Positions 1 to 11,654 of a stretch of DNA of 64,000 nucleotides are shown here, piece after piece. Both the position numbers and the translations under genes were made by a program. Numbering within the stretch: position 1 is the stretch's first letter; each line of letters starts with the position of its first letter. Source of the stretch: an uncultured Acidobacteriota bacterium (lineage in GTDB: Bacteria; Acidobacteriota; Blastocatellia; RBC074); assembly GCA_963796275.1 (NCBI GenBank), contig CAWCKY010000006.1, forward strand, positions 800,001-864,000, in the 5' to 3' direction. The notes below the pieces were generated by a model. The model was not told the origin of the DNA. It made no database searches and was given only the letters and a program-made list of their open reading frames with translations.

Positions 1-237
1 TTGATCAGCGCCCAGCCCGAGCGAATAAACGAAACGCTCGTTGAGATGGTCGATCATCTCGCGGTCAGTTATTCGCTCGCATACCTACCGACCAATTCGG
101 TTCGCGACGGAAGACGACGGCGCATTAAGGTGCAGTTATCGCCGGATGTCGAGAAACGCGAAGGAAAGACGGTGTTGATAACTCGGCGCAGTTACATTAT
201 GCCGAAGGACGTGAATACAACGGAGAAGAGTTTTTAG
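1..237 (+). CDS. C-terminal end of an acidobacterial VWA-domain protein (partial, begins before the window)
   Basis: YSLAYLPTN...DGRRRRIKV matches the tail typical of acidobacterial VWFA-related proteins. Confidence 0.7.
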   Translation: MISAQPERINETLVEMVDHLAVSYSLAYLPTNSVRDGRRRRIKVQLSPDVEKREGKTVLITRRSYIMPKDVNTTEKSF

Positions 238-314
238 TTTTTAGTTTTTAGTTTTCAGTTGAACTGTCTCGATCAGCAACTGAAAACTAAAAACTGAAAA
301 CTGAAAACTCTTCT
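224..314. repeat. Heptamer-repeat hairpin between convergent genes, probable bidirectional terminator
   Basis: AGAAGAG(TTTT[T/C]AG)n ... (CT[G/A]AAAA)n CTCTTCT inverted arms run from the VWA stop region to the GH3 stop. Confidence 0.8.
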
Positions 315-2185
315 TAATAGCTCAACCCAAAACCATATTTGAACAGCGGATCATAATCGCGATCGCCGACGTTGACCGGCATCTGCGCTTTCGATCTCGG
401 CCAACTGAAGGAGAGTTTCCCCGTGGGTTTGTAATCGCCGAAGAGTACATCAGCGACTCCGTGACCTTCAGTCCCGGGCAACCACGCCGCAACGAAAGCA
501 TCGCTCTTATCGAGCACCTTCTCTATATGCAGCGGGCGGCCTGAGAGCAAGATCACCACCACCGGGACGCCCGTCTTCTTCATATTCTCGATGGCCGCAA
601 TGTCATCTTGCGCGAGCGAGAGTTCATCCCGGTCGCCGAACATTTCGGCATACGGCGTTTCGCCCACCACGACGACACCGACATCCGCGCCGGCAGCGCC
701 GGTTCCATCGGCAGAGAACGTGACGTTAGCGTCGTTTGCGACGGTCTTCCGGATGGCCTGCAGTATCGTTGTTCCACCGGTCGTAACGGCGCCGCTCTTT
801 CCCTGCCAGGTGATGGTCCAGCCTCCGGATTGATTACCAATGTCATCCGCGTTCTTGCCGGCCACGTGGATACGCGCGAGGCTCTTTGAGAGGGGCAGGG
901 TATTCTTCTCGTTCTTGAGCAGCACCAGCGACTGCCGCACGCATTCGCGCGCCACCTCGCGGTGCTCGGCGGACCCGAACTTGCTATGCAGGCTTCTGTC
1001 GGCCAGTTGCGATCTGTCTTTATTCATTAATCCCATCGCAAACTTGACCCTTAATATCCGTTTTACGGCATCATCGATCCGCGACATCGGCACCTTACCT
1101 TCATTGACCAGCTCTTTCAGCGTGTCAAAGAACTCCGGATATTTGTTGGGAACCATTACCATATCCATCCCCGCATTGATCGATTGCTGGATGTCGCTCC
1201 GGTAGTCTCCCGGTAACTCATCGATCGCGTTATAGTCCGAGATCAGGAATCCTTCGAAACCCAATTCCCCTTTCAGTATTTCGGTCAACAGCCGTTTGCT
1301 GCCAGAGCACTTCACCCCATTCCAACTGTTGTATGAGGGCATTATGGTGCCGACACCGGCTTTGATCGTGGTGATGTAGCCCTGCATATGGAGCTCTTTC
1401 AGCTCGGCTTCGGTCAACCGCGTGTCGCCGCGATCAAGCGGCCACCGGCCTCCCGATTTCTCATCCTTGGGCGACCCTGTGCCGTAGGTGGTGCCTCCAT
1501 CCCCGGCGAAATGCTTGGCACACGCGAGGATGCTCAATGGGTCGCTCAGGTCATTCCCCTGGAGCCCACGTACCGCGGATTCTCCGAGCGTGCTGGCCAG
1601 CTCGGGGGTTTCGCCGAACCCCTCGTATGTTCTCCCCCACCTGTCGTCGCGCGGGACTGTGACGCATGGTGCGAAGTTCCAGTTGATTCCGGTCGCCCGC
1701 ACTTCCAGAGCGGTTATGCGGGAGGCCTTCTCGACCAGGGCGGGATTCTGCATGCTGCCGAGTCCGATGTTATGCGGGAAGATGACGGCTCCCATAACAT
1801 TACTGTGCCCGTGCACGGCATCGACGCCGTAAAGCAGAGGTATGGCGAGACGCGTCTTGAGCGCCTTCGACTGCTGCTCATCATACATGTCGGTCCAGTC
1901 CTTGAGACCATTTCCCGTCTTCGGATCCGAGTTTCCTCCACAAAAGAGCGAACCGAGGAAGTATTTCTCGATGTCGTCGATGCTCTTGAGTCCGCTCTGC
2001 TCTGCCTGGGTCATCTGACCGATCTTCTCTTCCAGGGTCATCTGAGCTAACAGTTGCAGCGCTTTGTCGTCGTAATGAGTCAGGGGCTTCACCGTTCCGG
2101 GGTGTGCCGATATGGACGATATTTCTGCAGTGGAACACGCTGCACCTATCAGGGTGACGATGATTAAGGTGAATAGTTTTTTCAT
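314..2185 (-). CDS. GH3 beta-glucosidase / exo-beta-glucanase, probable lipoprotein
   Basis: Motifs EEKIGQM, DAVHG, WGRTYE, AKHF, ISDY nucleophile region and [11 protein letters not shown]. Start reassigned to MKKLF, which gives a signal peptide with lipobox-like IGAAC. Confidence 0.93.
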   Translation of the reverse strand: MKKLFTLIIVTLIGAACSTAEISSISAHPGTVKPLTHYDDKALQLLAQMTLEEKIGQMTQAEQSGLKSIDDIEKYFLGSLFCGGNSDPKTGNGLKDWTDMYDEQQSKALKTRLAIPLLYGVDAVHGHSNVMGAVIFPHNIGLGSMQNPALVEKASRITALEVRATGINWNFAPCVTVPRDDRWGRTYEGFGETPELASTLGESAVRGLQGNDLSDPLSILACAKHFAGDGGTTYGTGSPKDEKSGGRWPLDRGDTRLTEAELKELHMQGYITTIKAGVGTIMPSYNSWNGVKCSGSKRLLTEILKGELGFEGFLISDYNAIDELPGDYRSDIQQSINAGMDMVMVPNKYPEFFDTLKELVNEGKVPMSRIDDAVKRILRVKFAMGLMNKDRSQLADRSLHSKFGSAEHREVARECVRQSLVLLKNEKNTLPLSKSLARIHVAGKNADDIGNQSGGWTITWQGKSGAVTTGGTTILQAIRKTVANDANVTFSADGTGAAGADVGVVVVGETPYAEMFGDRDELSLAQDDIAAIENMKKTGVPVVVILLSGRPLHIEKVLDKSDAFVAAWLPGTEGHGVADVLFGDYKPTGKLSFSWPRSKAQMPVNVGDRDYDPLFKYGFGLSY

Positions 2186-2473
2186 TTCATCCCTCGTTAT
2201 CTGGTAGTTTGTGGTGATGTTGCGGCCGCCATTATAAAGCGACTCGAGATCGCAGGGGGGAAAAAATATAGCGGGTTTCAGTTGAATGGATGCCGGAACC
2301 CGGCCACGGAGTCTTAGAGACAAAGAGTGGTTAATGGGAGGATATGGCTGACTGACAAACTCATTTTTTGTTGCTTCTCCGTGACCATGTTCCGAAATCC
2401 ACTCAACTGAAACCCGCTATTCAAGGATGAAGAACCGTATGGGGATACAACGCTGTCGAAGTAACTCTTTATC

Positions 2474-2565
2474 TGGTAGTCGGTAGTCGGTTTTAGATTC
2501 AATAGGCATTTGAGACTGAAAAAACCGTAATCGAACCTACAACCTACAACCGACTACCTACCGAC
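2474..2565. repeat. Imperfect inverted repeat built from 7-mers (GGTAGTC, AACCTAC)
   Basis: GGTAGTCGGT ... ACCGACTACC arms lie just downstream of the TBDT stop. Confidence 0.6.
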
Positions 2566-2572
2566 AACAATC

Positions 2573-5500
2573 TCAGAAGGTAAGCTTGAGCGCCATCTGG
2601 ATATTGCGCGGATCGCGGGCGGTGTTGATGAACCCGCTCTGACCACGCGTCTCCAGAGATACCGCCTGGCTTTGGTCGGGGACGTTGATCCCGTTAACTA
2701 CCCCGAACCACTGAGTGTTATTAAATATGTTGAAGAACTCAGCGCGGTACTGCAGGTTGACCCGCTCAGTAAATTTGAAGGTTTTAAAAAGGGAGAAATC
2801 GAAGTTCGTGAAACCCGGTCCACGAAAGGCATTTCTTCCCGTATTTCCGAGCATACCGTTTGCCGGACGGCCGAATGCGAAAGCATTGAACCACTCCCTG
2901 CTTGCATCGTCCTTCACGTAGACATCGCCTCCCAGATAATCAGCGCGAACCCCGTCTCCGAGAGTTCCCGGATTTCCGTTAGAGGTAACCGTGAATGGCA
3001 ACCCGCTCCAGATGCGAGTCACGCCCGATATCGTCCAGCCATCAAACGCCGCCCGGGCAATACTGTTATTGCCGAGTACATTGCCGAATCTGGGGAGATT
3101 GTAGATGTAGTCGAAGGTCAGGACATGCGTGCGGTCAAAGCCGGCAACGGCGCGTTCGCGACCTCGATCGAGGAAATAACCGATCGTACTGGCGTCGGTA
3201 TCCGTCTCGGTGATCGCCTTACTCCATGTGTAATTGGCGTTGAACGTGAAGTTACTGCCGAAGCGGCGGCTGACGCGCGTTTGCAGCCCGTTGTAGTTGC
3301 TGTTCGCACCGGTCTCCACCAGTGTGATGTCATTGAAACCTCTGAACGGGCGAAGCCCATCGACATCAGCGCCTGGATTGAGCTGCGCGCCCAGAAGTAA
3401 CTGGTTGATATTGCGCTGATACATCAGATGTCGCCCCATGGTCCCAATGTAAGCGATATCGATGCCGATCTGCCCTGGCAGCTCATGCTGTACCCCGAGG
3501 CTCCACGAATAGATACTCGGGATATTGCCTTCCGGATCGATGGCGATGAGGTTGGCGGGAAAACTCGATGCCCCGGAGATAAGGCCCGGACCAAAGTCGC
3601 TCAGCCTCCCGGGACCAAGAGACGGAGTAAGGGTCACAGGCGGATTGCCCAGACCGTCGAAGTAGTTATTGTTTTGCCGGATACGCTCGTAGAAGATTCC
3701 GAAGCCGCCGCGGATTGCGGTCCTGCCGTCGCCGAAGACGTCATAGGCGAAACCGAGGCGTGGCGAAAAATTGTTCTTACGGCTCTTGACGCCGCCTCTC
3801 GAGATTCCATCCCCCTCCTCTACCAGCCCATTAAGCGGGTTGCCTGAACCGGCTATGATGGCGCCGGTTGAGGCAATCTCCACCGCTTGCGCCGGATCGT
3901 AGCGATCGGCCAGAAAGTAATTCATGAGAAGCTGGCCATGCGTGGAGGTCGGTCCCATATACGCCCACCTCAAACCATATTCGAGCGTGAAGCGCGGCGA
4001 CACCTTCCAACTGTCCTGCCCGTAGAGCTCGAGACCATAGAACTTGAAAGAGCCGAAGAACTTTCCATTGCTCTGAGATGCCGACGTATAGTTTCCGAGA
4101 AGCAGGTTGGCAAACGTATTGCCGGTGTCCAGCGGGTTGGTGCTGCTTGCACCGAAATCCAGATTGACCTCATCGGTCCACGCGGGTTGTTGACCGTTGC
4201 GATTCATATTGAAGAAAGCGCCGGTCTTGACGGTGTGCCTGCCGCGCGAGATCGTCACGTTGTCCGTCCACGCGAATTGCCTCGCTTCGCTCTCCCAATT
4301 GTTCGCGAAACTGAAGAAATTACACGCGCCGACGCCGCAACTGAAGGCCGGGAATTTGTTTCGTAAGTTTGACCCATCCGGAAACAGCTCAGGGAAGGTG
4401 AAACCGAGCTGATCACGATCGTATGTCGCCGGATCGACGCCGGGCCTGATGTCGACGACCTGCGTATAGGTGATTGTAGCCGAAGATGAATTCGTTGGTG
4501 ATGGTCGGAGAGACCGACGAGATCAAGTTCCACGACCAGCTTGACCCAGGTTTCTTGCGGAACTGCGGCAGCACCGGATAGGAATTATCCGAGAACATCC
4601 CTAATCCCTGATTTTCGTCCTGCGAATCGTCAACCCAGCGGAAGAAGAAATTGTTCTTTGAGTTGATGTTGTAATCGAAACGGACTACTTCCTGGCGTTT
4701 TTTCAACGAATAGGAGTCTTGTGTGAAGACCCGTACCAGTTCGGGATTGCCAGGAACTCCCGCTGCGCCGGCGCGGTTGAGACTGCCTATGACTCCGAGA
4801 AATGCGTCGGCATTGCTGTTCCATTCGCTGCGCGGAACAATGTTATTAGGGTATGGCGTTCCCCCAATGATATTACCCCCTTCTCGTCTAACCGTTCCGG
4901 GTCTGAAGACAGTTCCGACAAAACACGGGCGTGAGCCAAGTCCGTCGCCATAGTCACATGATGAATTCGCAAGTGTGTCTGTCCTCAGCAACCGACTAAA
5001 ATCCCCATTCAAAATATCGGGATGCGCGACGTCGACGAAGGGATTGCCGTTCGGCCGCGTGCCGCGAGTCCACTCCATATTGAAGAAGAAGAAGGCCTTG
5101 GGATCGCTCATCGGAGAGAATTTGCCGAGCGGGATCGGGCCGCTGATATTTCCGCCGAACTGATTTAGACGAAGTTTTTGTTTGGTGTCGTTGAGCGGAT
5201 TACGCGCATCGAGCGCGTCATTACGCAGGAATTCATACGCCGTCCCGTGGAACTGCCTCCCGCCGCTCCTGGTTGTCGCCGAGATGAGAACACCGGGATT
5301 CCGCCCGTACTCAGCATTGAAGCTGCTGCTCTGAACCTTGAACTCGCCGATGGCATCCAGGCTCATCTGTGTGAACTGCCCGTCATTGGCTCCCACATCG
5401 GTGTTGATCGTACCGTCGAGATAGACGTTGTTCATCGAATCGCGCATGCCGTTGACATTGAACATCCCCGTCGAATTGAACCCGAGGTTGAAATCCGACT

Positions 5501-6005
5501 GAGCGTTCGATGTCACACCGGGAAGCGTCCGAAGCAGTGACCTGAAATCGCGGCCGTTCGTGGCGATCCCGGTCACTTGCTCCGAAGTGATGACGAACGA
5601 TTTATTGGCGGTCGCGGTTTCGACAATCGGCGCTTCGCCGGTAACCGTGACCGTGTTTGATATTTCGCCCACCTCGAGCTTCAACCCGCCGAGGTTGAGA
5701 ATTTGGTAGGCGTCGAGGACCAGCCCTTTACGTTCGAGCGCCCTGAAACCCGTCGCTTCCACCTTCAGCGTATACGTCCCGCGCAACAAAGGCAGGAGCT
5801 GAAACGAACCATTCTGGTCAGTCTGAGTGTCGCGAATGACATTACCTTTAGACTCATCTATCACTGATACCTTGGCGTTCGCTATCACATTACCTTGTGT
5901 ATCCACCAGTGAACCCTGAATCGAGCCGCTCTGTGCGTGTGCCGCCGCTGTAATGGAGAACGCAAAACACACGACCAGACAGCATTGAATAAGCAGTCTT
6001 TGCAT
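2573..6005 (-). CDS. Oar-like TonB-dependent transporter (CarboxypepD_reg + plug + barrel) with one +1 frameshift near 4466
   Basis: ORFs 4413-6005 and 2573-4258 join if one base is removed from CACCTATACGCAG, giving GYNHLTQVVDIRPG...WTDNVTISRGRHTVKTG. Signal peptide, EFKVQSSSFNAEYGR motif and C-terminal QMALKLTF. Confidence 0.9.
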
Positions 6006-6430
6006 CTACCCCTCCTTTTACTTGATCCCTTATCTACCCTCTCGATTGTTTCCATTTAGATACAATCGAGATTTGAGCTGCTTTATCAATCCCAAGTTTT
6101 CCCAAGCATGTTTTCAGGTCCCAGCAAATCTTTCAGGTAAGCTTCGGCTAGATGTTTTTTGGCAGTCTTGTGCAGCGGTTATTCCAATCGATCGCTCTTC
6201 TATTCGATTATTGCTGCGTCATTCATACATTTTGCAATCTTGTATTTTGTCTGTTGATTGATGCCATTTCTGCCACATTTAACTATTCAACCAATTCTAA
6301 GCCCCGTTTTTTGTCGAGTCACTAGTCTAAAGATATGTTTTTCCTATATCCGCAATCCTTATCTCGGTGAAATTATTAGCTGAATCCAAAAATATCTAAA
6401 GTAACAAAACAAATGAACATTAATTGATAT

Positions 6431-6486
6431 GTTTGGAGTTCCGCGTTTACGCGGTCTTCCGACCGCCCGAAGGCGGAACTCCAAAC
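6431..6486. repeat. REP-like doublet of the same family as the 30502-30858 array
   Basis: GTTTGGAGTTCCGCGTTTACGCGG...CCGCCCGAAGGCGGAACTCCAAAC. Confidence 0.85.
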
Positions 6487-6610
6487 TATTTAAAAAAATG
6501 TGTTAAACTTTTTTAGTCAGCAACACTCCGGCCCCCAGTTCGGAAGGTCGTTGCCATCATTCAATGGAGATCAGACGGATCAGGACGGAGATCAGGACGG
6601 AGATCAGATT

Positions 6611-7567
6611 ATGTTTCGACTTTTCGTTTTGGGCATCATTGCACTCACATCGCTTCCGATCGCGGCTAACACAAGAACTGACTTTGAAAGAAATTTCCAG
6701 GCTGAGGCGCGCCGGAAAACCCTGCGGTGCGGCAATCAACCCGCTTCCGCAGAGTATACGAAGGAGGTGATGCGTCTGACGGTCGGGGGGGACACGTTCG
6801 ACTTGCGTCGCGTGAAGACTGAGTCGGGAGCCAAGTATGAGGCGGCCGGCGATTCGCCGACAAGCTTCTGGTCCAAGGGGCACACGGGAACGCTCATCGT
6901 CAGAGGGCGGGTCTATCCGCAATGCGAATGGGTTAGCGCGGACGCCGAACGTTTCCGTGCGACGGGCAACGAACCGGGCTGGCAACTAGATATAACGGCC
7001 ACGACGATAACCTTATCGGCGGACTACGGAAAGACGCGCATCGAGGTGCCGGCGCCGCCGCCGCAAACGAGCGCCGGGCTCAGGAAATATATTTCAAGGT
7101 ATGGCGGCGAAGATTTGACCGTTAGCGTCTTCGAGCGGCGCTGTACCGATACGATGAGCGGTATGCACTATCCGAACGCAGTTGTGGTGATATTGGGGGA
7201 CAGGGTGATGGAAGGTTGCGGAGGAGATCCTGCGGCTTTGCTGCGGGGAGCGTTATGGGTGGTCGAAGACCTGAACGGGCGCGGTATCATCGATCGCTCA
7301 CGGATGACCTTGCGGTTCGGTTCGGATGGGCGCGTTTCAGGCAAGGCATCCTGCAACAAATACTCGGGAACGTATTGGTTGACCGGCGAGGGGCTCACGG
7401 TCTCAGGTGCGGCGGTGACCAGGAAGTCGTGCGCGGAGTCGCTGATGAACCAGGAGAAAGAATTCCTCGATGTGCTGAGCGGCATTCAACGGTTCTCGAT
7501 GAGTCCGGATGGCGCAGTCATTCTGTATGCCGGTGATCAACGTATTATCAAAGCACGGCGCGATTAG
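6611..7567 (+). CDS. Secreted protein with MliC-like, COG3650-like and META (HslJ) domains
   Basis: Signal peptide MFRLFVLG; SGAKY...FWSKG (MliC-like); GNEPGW...CTDTMSG; GKASCNKY...TRKSC...LMNQE (META). Confidence 0.82.
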   Translation: MFRLFVLGIIALTSLPIAANTRTDFERNFQAEARRKTLRCGNQPASAEYTKEVMRLTVGGDTFDLRRVKTESGAKYEAAGDSPTSFWSKGHTGTLIVRGRVYPQCEWVSADAERFRATGNEPGWQLDITATTITLSADYGKTRIEVPAPPPQTSAGLRKYISRYGGEDLTVSVFERRCTDTMSGMHYPNAVVVILGDRVMEGCGGDPAALLRGALWVVEDLNGRGIIDRSRMTLRFGSDGRVSGKASCNKYSGTYWLTGEGLTVSGAAVTRKSCAESLMNQEKEFLDVLSGIQRFSMSPDGAVILYAGDQRIIKARRD

Positions 7568-7637
7568 GTCGTAGAAATATCTCACCTTCATGTTTTCCGG
7601 GTTGAGTGGAACTGTAAATCCTGTTTGACTATTTTTT

Positions 7638-8270
7638 TCAGCTTAGAAAAATGATGCCGCGCTGGAGTGCGGTAGTGACAGCCATCGTCCGGTCTTTAAC
7701 TCCAAGTTTCGTCAGGATATTTATCACATGAAATTTTACCGTCCCTTCCGTGATAAAAAGAACGTGGGCGACCTCCCTGTTGCTCATGCCTTTGGCGATC
7801 AACTCCAAAACTTCGACCTCACGGCTCGATAACTCGGATGCATGCATTCGCTCCTCTAAACGAGTCGCGATCTCGGGCGGAATATGCTTCCTACCCGAGT
7901 GAACCGTACGGATTGCCGTGAGCAGGTCATCGTGCAGCGCGGTCTTTAAAAGATAGGCCTGGGCTCCGGCGCGTAAGGCTCGATGAATTGCCTCATCGCC
8001 ATCGTAAGTGGACAGGACGATTATCCGAGCCTGCGGGAATTCCTGGCGAATGGCTTGTGTCGCCTCCACTCCGTTCATACCCGGGAGACGTAAATCCATC
8101 AGTGTAATGTCGGGCGAATGTTGGCGGAACTTTTCGATCGCCTGTGGCCCGTCTTCCGCTTCCGCGATTACAACCATATCAGCCTCGACGTTGATGGTTG
8201 CCGTTAGCCCCATGCGGACGACGAAGTGATCATCGACTACCATGATACGGATGGGATTCTCTTTTTCCAC
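7638..8270 (-). CDS. NarL/LuxR-family response regulator
   Basis: REC domain (VVDDH, LMDLRLPG) plus LuxR HTH (LSSREVEVL...TVKFHV). Confidence 0.95.
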   Translation of the reverse strand: MEKENPIRIMVVDDHFVVRMGLTATINVEADMVVIAEAEDGPQAIEKFRQHSPDITLMDLRLPGMNGVEATQAIRQEFPQARIIVLSTYDGDEAIHRALRAGAQAYLLKTALHDDLLTAIRTVHSGRKHIPPEIATRLEERMHASELSSREVEVLELIAKGMSNREVAHVLFITEGTVKFHVINILTKLGVKDRTMAVTTALQRGIIFLS

Positions 8271-8285
8271 TTCTTAATCCTTCTT

Positions 8286-8428
8286 CCGACCAACTGAAAA
8301 GAAAATTGAAAAATTGAAATTTGATAGTTGATAGTTGATAGTTGATAGTTCGTATACTCTGTGGCCACGATCTATACGAATTATCAATTATCAACTATCA
8401 ATTTTCAATTTTCTTTTCAGTTGGTCGG
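8286..8428. repeat. Long inverted repeat of TTGATAG/TTGAAAA heptamers inside the kinase-regulator operon
   Basis: CCGACCAACTGAAAAGAAAATTGA...(TTGATAG)n TTCGTATA / TATACGAA ...TCAATTTTCTTTTCAGTTGGTCGG. Confidence 0.85.
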
Positions 8429-11400
8429 GACCATGATGACCACTTCGGTACCAGTTCCCGGCCCGCTATTCAAGGTCAACCTGCCGCCGAGTTTTTTGAT
8501 TCGTTCCCTCATTCCCACCAGGCCGAAATGGCCTCCGCTGAGATGCAACGGGCTGTCGGGATCGAAACCGCACCCATCGTCCTGCACGGAAACCTCGACC
8601 GTCTGCGGTTCAAATTTGAGCGCGATTGTCACTCGCTGAGCATTGGCGTGCTTCAATGCGTTAGTGATCGCTTCCTGGCAGAGCAGCAACAGGTGATGTC
8701 CGGCCACGGCGGGAAGGTTGCGTGATATACCGTTAACTCGCACATCGGTCTCGATGGAGGTTCCAGTGGTGAGCTTTTCAACAAGCTGGGCGAGAGCCGA
8801 GACGAGGTCACGGTTCTCCAGTTCCTGCGAATAGAGCTCATATACCGAATGGCGTGTTTCGATCAGGCTGTGTTTGACCATCTGACGGGCGAATTCCAGA
8901 TGCTGCCGCGCAGCTTGCGGTGACTCCGCCATGCGAGCCGCACCAGATTCCAGATGCAATAGGATCATGGAGAGCCCCTGTTCGACCGTGTCGTGCAACT
9001 CGCTGGCGATTCGCTTGCGCTCAGTGAGGACGGCCGCAAACCGCGCTTTCATCTGCCCGATGATCAGTCGGTGAATCCCCAGTCCCATCAATCCAACGAG
9101 TGCCGCACAGGAAAGAAAGAACCACGACCTCTGATAGAAATGCGGGGTTAAACTGAATTCGTATGACGCACCGTCCTCATTCCAAACGCCGTCGTTGTTG
9201 CTGGCGATCACGCGGAAGCGATATTTCCCCGGCGCCAGGTTGGTATAATAGGCCACGCGGCGCGTGCCGGCATCGATCCAATCGCGATCATAGCCCTCCA
9301 ACTGATATTTGAACCGAACGCGTTCCGGGATGAGCAGGCTCAGGCCGTTGTAATGGAACTCAAATCTCTTTTTACCTGGCTCGAGTTCCGTGAAATTACC
9401 CGGAGGAAAAGATTCTCCCTCGACGGACACTTCCTCGATCGCAACCGGAGGAGGTATTTCGTTACGAATGAGGTTTCTCGGGTCGATGAGGACGATCCCT
9501 TTGCGTGTAGTGAACCAGAGCCTCCCGTCTCTCCCTCTCCATCCGGATGGCTGGATATGCGAACTGCAATCGATCGTCTTCATCCCATCGGCGATGTTAT
9601 ACGGGGTCGATCTGATGGTCTTGCTCCGCCCTTCGGAGAATTCATCGAGGTCGCTCCGGCTGACTGTGAAGATGCCGCGCGGCGTGCTCACCCAGAGGTT
9701 GCCGTCCTTATCGCTGAGCGCGCGCTGCACTTCATTGTCGAACAACCCTTCCGCCATCGTATACCTGGTGATGCGGCCATCGCTGATCCGGAACCGCACC
9801 AATCCCGGCATCCTGCCGCCGAGCCAGAGGCTCCCTCGCTGATCATCGGTGATCGAAGTGATGGGATAATCGATCAGGCTCCGGATGGGCAGCCTACCCC
9901 TCGCAATCCGATACAATCCGTCGGTAGTACCGAACCACAGGTCGCCGCTCTGATCGCGCAGAGTGGTGAAGACGAATTTCCCGGTGAAAGGATTCGGGTC
10001 GCCGTTGATCAGGTATTCGCTCAGAATTCCATCCCTGAACCTGAATGCGCGTATCTCCGATGTGCAGACTATGAGGCTCTCGTCATCCTCGGTGATGGTA
10101 GAGGTGGAGAATCGGGAGAGCCTTCCCTCGGCCAGATATGTCGTGATCCTGTTATCCTTGAGACGGCAAAGTCCGCGATCGGTCCCGATCCAGATGCTGC
10201 CGTCCCTGCTCTCGAAGAGTGGGCCGCCATAGTTGCTCGCCAGCCCGTCTCCGATCGTGAAGACGGTGGCCTTTCCGTCCTTCAAGCGGGTCAAACCGCC
10301 GCCGGCAGAGAAGATGTAGAGGCTGCCATCGCGCGCTTCTATGATCGAGACGGCGTTGTTATGCGCGAGACCCTCTCTGGTCGTGAAGGGAATGATCTTG
10401 CTGTTTCTGAACCGGTCCAGGCCGCTTTTGGTTCCCACCCAGATACTGCCCTCGCGGTCCTCGAACAGCGAGAGCACGGTGTCATCGGTCAGCCCGTCGC
10501 CGGCATTCATCGATGACCACTTGCCGTTCGCCATGAGGTATAGGCCGGAAGCGTCGGTCCCGACCCAAAGATTGCCGTCCTTATCCTCCTTGATCGCCGA
10601 AATGTGTTGACCCTTTAACTGATTGACCGGCGAACCGGCGAGGATGTCTCCCTTTATGATACGGTAGAGGCCGTCGCGTGTGCCGACCCACAGGTTTCCC
10701 TGGCGATCTTCCGCCAACGCCGTAACTCTTCCTTTGATCGGATGTTTGCCCGGTTTCAGCCGGTTGACCTGCCCGTTCGACTCGATGAATGCCTGGTGGA
10801 ATTCGGTCGAATATTGAGTGAAGCCTTCTTTGCTATATTTAAAGAGACCGCTCGCCGTCGCGATCCACAAGTTTCCCTCATGGTCCTCGAGGAATGCAGT
10901 GGCCCAGCCGGTTTTGCCGAGCGCCTGACCGATGCCGTCGCTGCGGACCTGATAGACGAAATTGTCCGCCCCGATCCAGACCTGCCTTCCTTTCGTCTCG
11001 AAGATTTTGAGTGTCGCTCCGTCAGGCAGCGGCGATGGCGTGGTGTACTGCGAAAAGATGTTGTTCCGGTAAATCAACGTCCTGGTATCGCTGCGGATCA
11101 ACAGATTGCCGCCAGCGCTCGAGCAGATCGCACGGATAGTCTCATGAAGCGGACCCTTCCCTATCCTGGGCTCGATCCTGGCGAAGCGCACCCCGTCAAA
11201 ACGAATCAGCCCGCTCGTAGTCCTCAACCACAGATAGCCATCGGGCGTTTGCACTATCTCATTGACTGCTTCACCGGGCAGACCGTTCTGGTTCGTCCGC
11301 GTTTCGTGGCTGTATTGGTTGAGTGTCTTCTGCGGATCGAGCGCGCGAGCTTGAGAGAATTGCCATATCAATAGCAGCAGCCCGAGCCCGACTTTCGGAA

Positions 11401-11440
11401 TAGCCCCCAGAGTCTTTTTTAAAATGGACTTCAGCATCAT
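8417..11440 (-). CDS. Sensor histidine kinase with periplasmic beta-propeller repeats, Y_Y_Y domain and HisKA_3/HATPase
   Basis: Repeated EDxxGxLWxGT motifs; YYTNLAPGKYRFRV; ERKRIASELHD; QEAITNALKHA; DDGCGF; GHFGL. Confidence 0.95.
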   Translation of the reverse strand: MMLKSILKKTLGAIPKVGLGLLLLIWQFSQARALDPQKTLNQYSHETRTNQNGLPGEAVNEIVQTPDGYLWLRTTSGLIRFDGVRFARIEPRIGKGPLHETIRAICSSAGGNLLIRSDTRTLIYRNNIFSQYTTPSPLPDGATLKIFETKGRQVWIGADNFVYQVRSDGIGQALGKTGWATAFLEDHEGNLWIATASGLFKYSKEGFTQYSTEFHQAFIESNGQVNRLKPGKHPIKGRVTALAEDRQGNLWVGTRDGLYRIIKGDILAGSPVNQLKGQHISAIKEDKDGNLWVGTDASGLYLMANGKWSSMNAGDGLTDDTVLSLFEDREGSIWVGTKSGLDRFRNSKIIPFTTREGLAHNNAVSIIEARDGSLYIFSAGGGLTRLKDGKATVFTIGDGLASNYGGPLFESRDGSIWIGTDRGLCRLKDNRITTYLAEGRLSRFSTSTITEDDESLIVCTSEIRAFRFRDGILSEYLINGDPNPFTGKFVFTTLRDQSGDLWFGTTDGLYRIARGRLPIRSLIDYPITSITDDQRGSLWLGGRMPGLVRFRISDGRITRYTMAEGLFDNEVQRALSDKDGNLWVSTPRGIFTVSRSDLDEFSEGRSKTIRSTPYNIADGMKTIDCSSHIQPSGWRGRDGRLWFTTRKGIVLIDPRNLIRNEIPPPVAIEEVSVEGESFPPGNFTELEPGKKRFEFHYNGLSLLIPERVRFKYQLEGYDRDWIDAGTRRVAYYTNLAPGKYRFRVIASNNDGVWNEDGASYEFSLTPHFYQRSWFFLSCAALVGLMGLGIHRLIIGQMKARFAAVLTERKRIASELHDTVEQGLSMILLHLESGAARMAESPQAARQHLEFARQMVKHSLIETRHSVYELYSQELENRDLVSALAQLVEKLTTGTSIETDVRVNGISRNLPAVAGHHLLLLCQEAITNALKHANAQRVTIALKFEPQTVEVSVQDDGCGFDPDSPLHLSGGHFGLVGMRERIKKLGGRLTLNSGPGTGTEVVIMVPTN

Positions 11441-11654
11441 AGGTTAATAGACTTACTGAGCTGTCACATAATCGCTTTCCGCAGCACCCGTCCGCCGCAC
11501 GGGCGAAGTATACAAAAACAGGGGAAACAAAAAAGGCAAAACGCCACAAAAAGGAAAAAAGCCTGGACTTTTTGCCTTTTTGCGACGATTTGCCCTTGTT
11601 AATTGCTCAGGTTTTTCTTGCCGCTGCCGTGGCGAAGAGAAAGGGTAGCGAAGA

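Noticed and set aside
4413-4470. Programmed frameshift or phase variation in the TBDT (and at 55106 in the serine hydrolase)
   Set aside because: Neither site has a slippery heptamer or homopolymer/SSR tract; a single-base error or recent mutation is more parsimonious.
6565-6607. 12-bp tandem repeat (GGAGATCAGGAC) read as DQDG repeats in ORF 6500-7567
   Set aside because: It lies upstream of the likely ATG at 6611 that begins the signal peptide, so it is probably a local non-coding duplication.
9353-10516. Long antisense ORFs (also 25374-26588, 1388-2050, 2672-3400)
   Set aside because: They are shadow frames of GC-rich, well-supported genes on the opposite strand and show no recognisable motifs.
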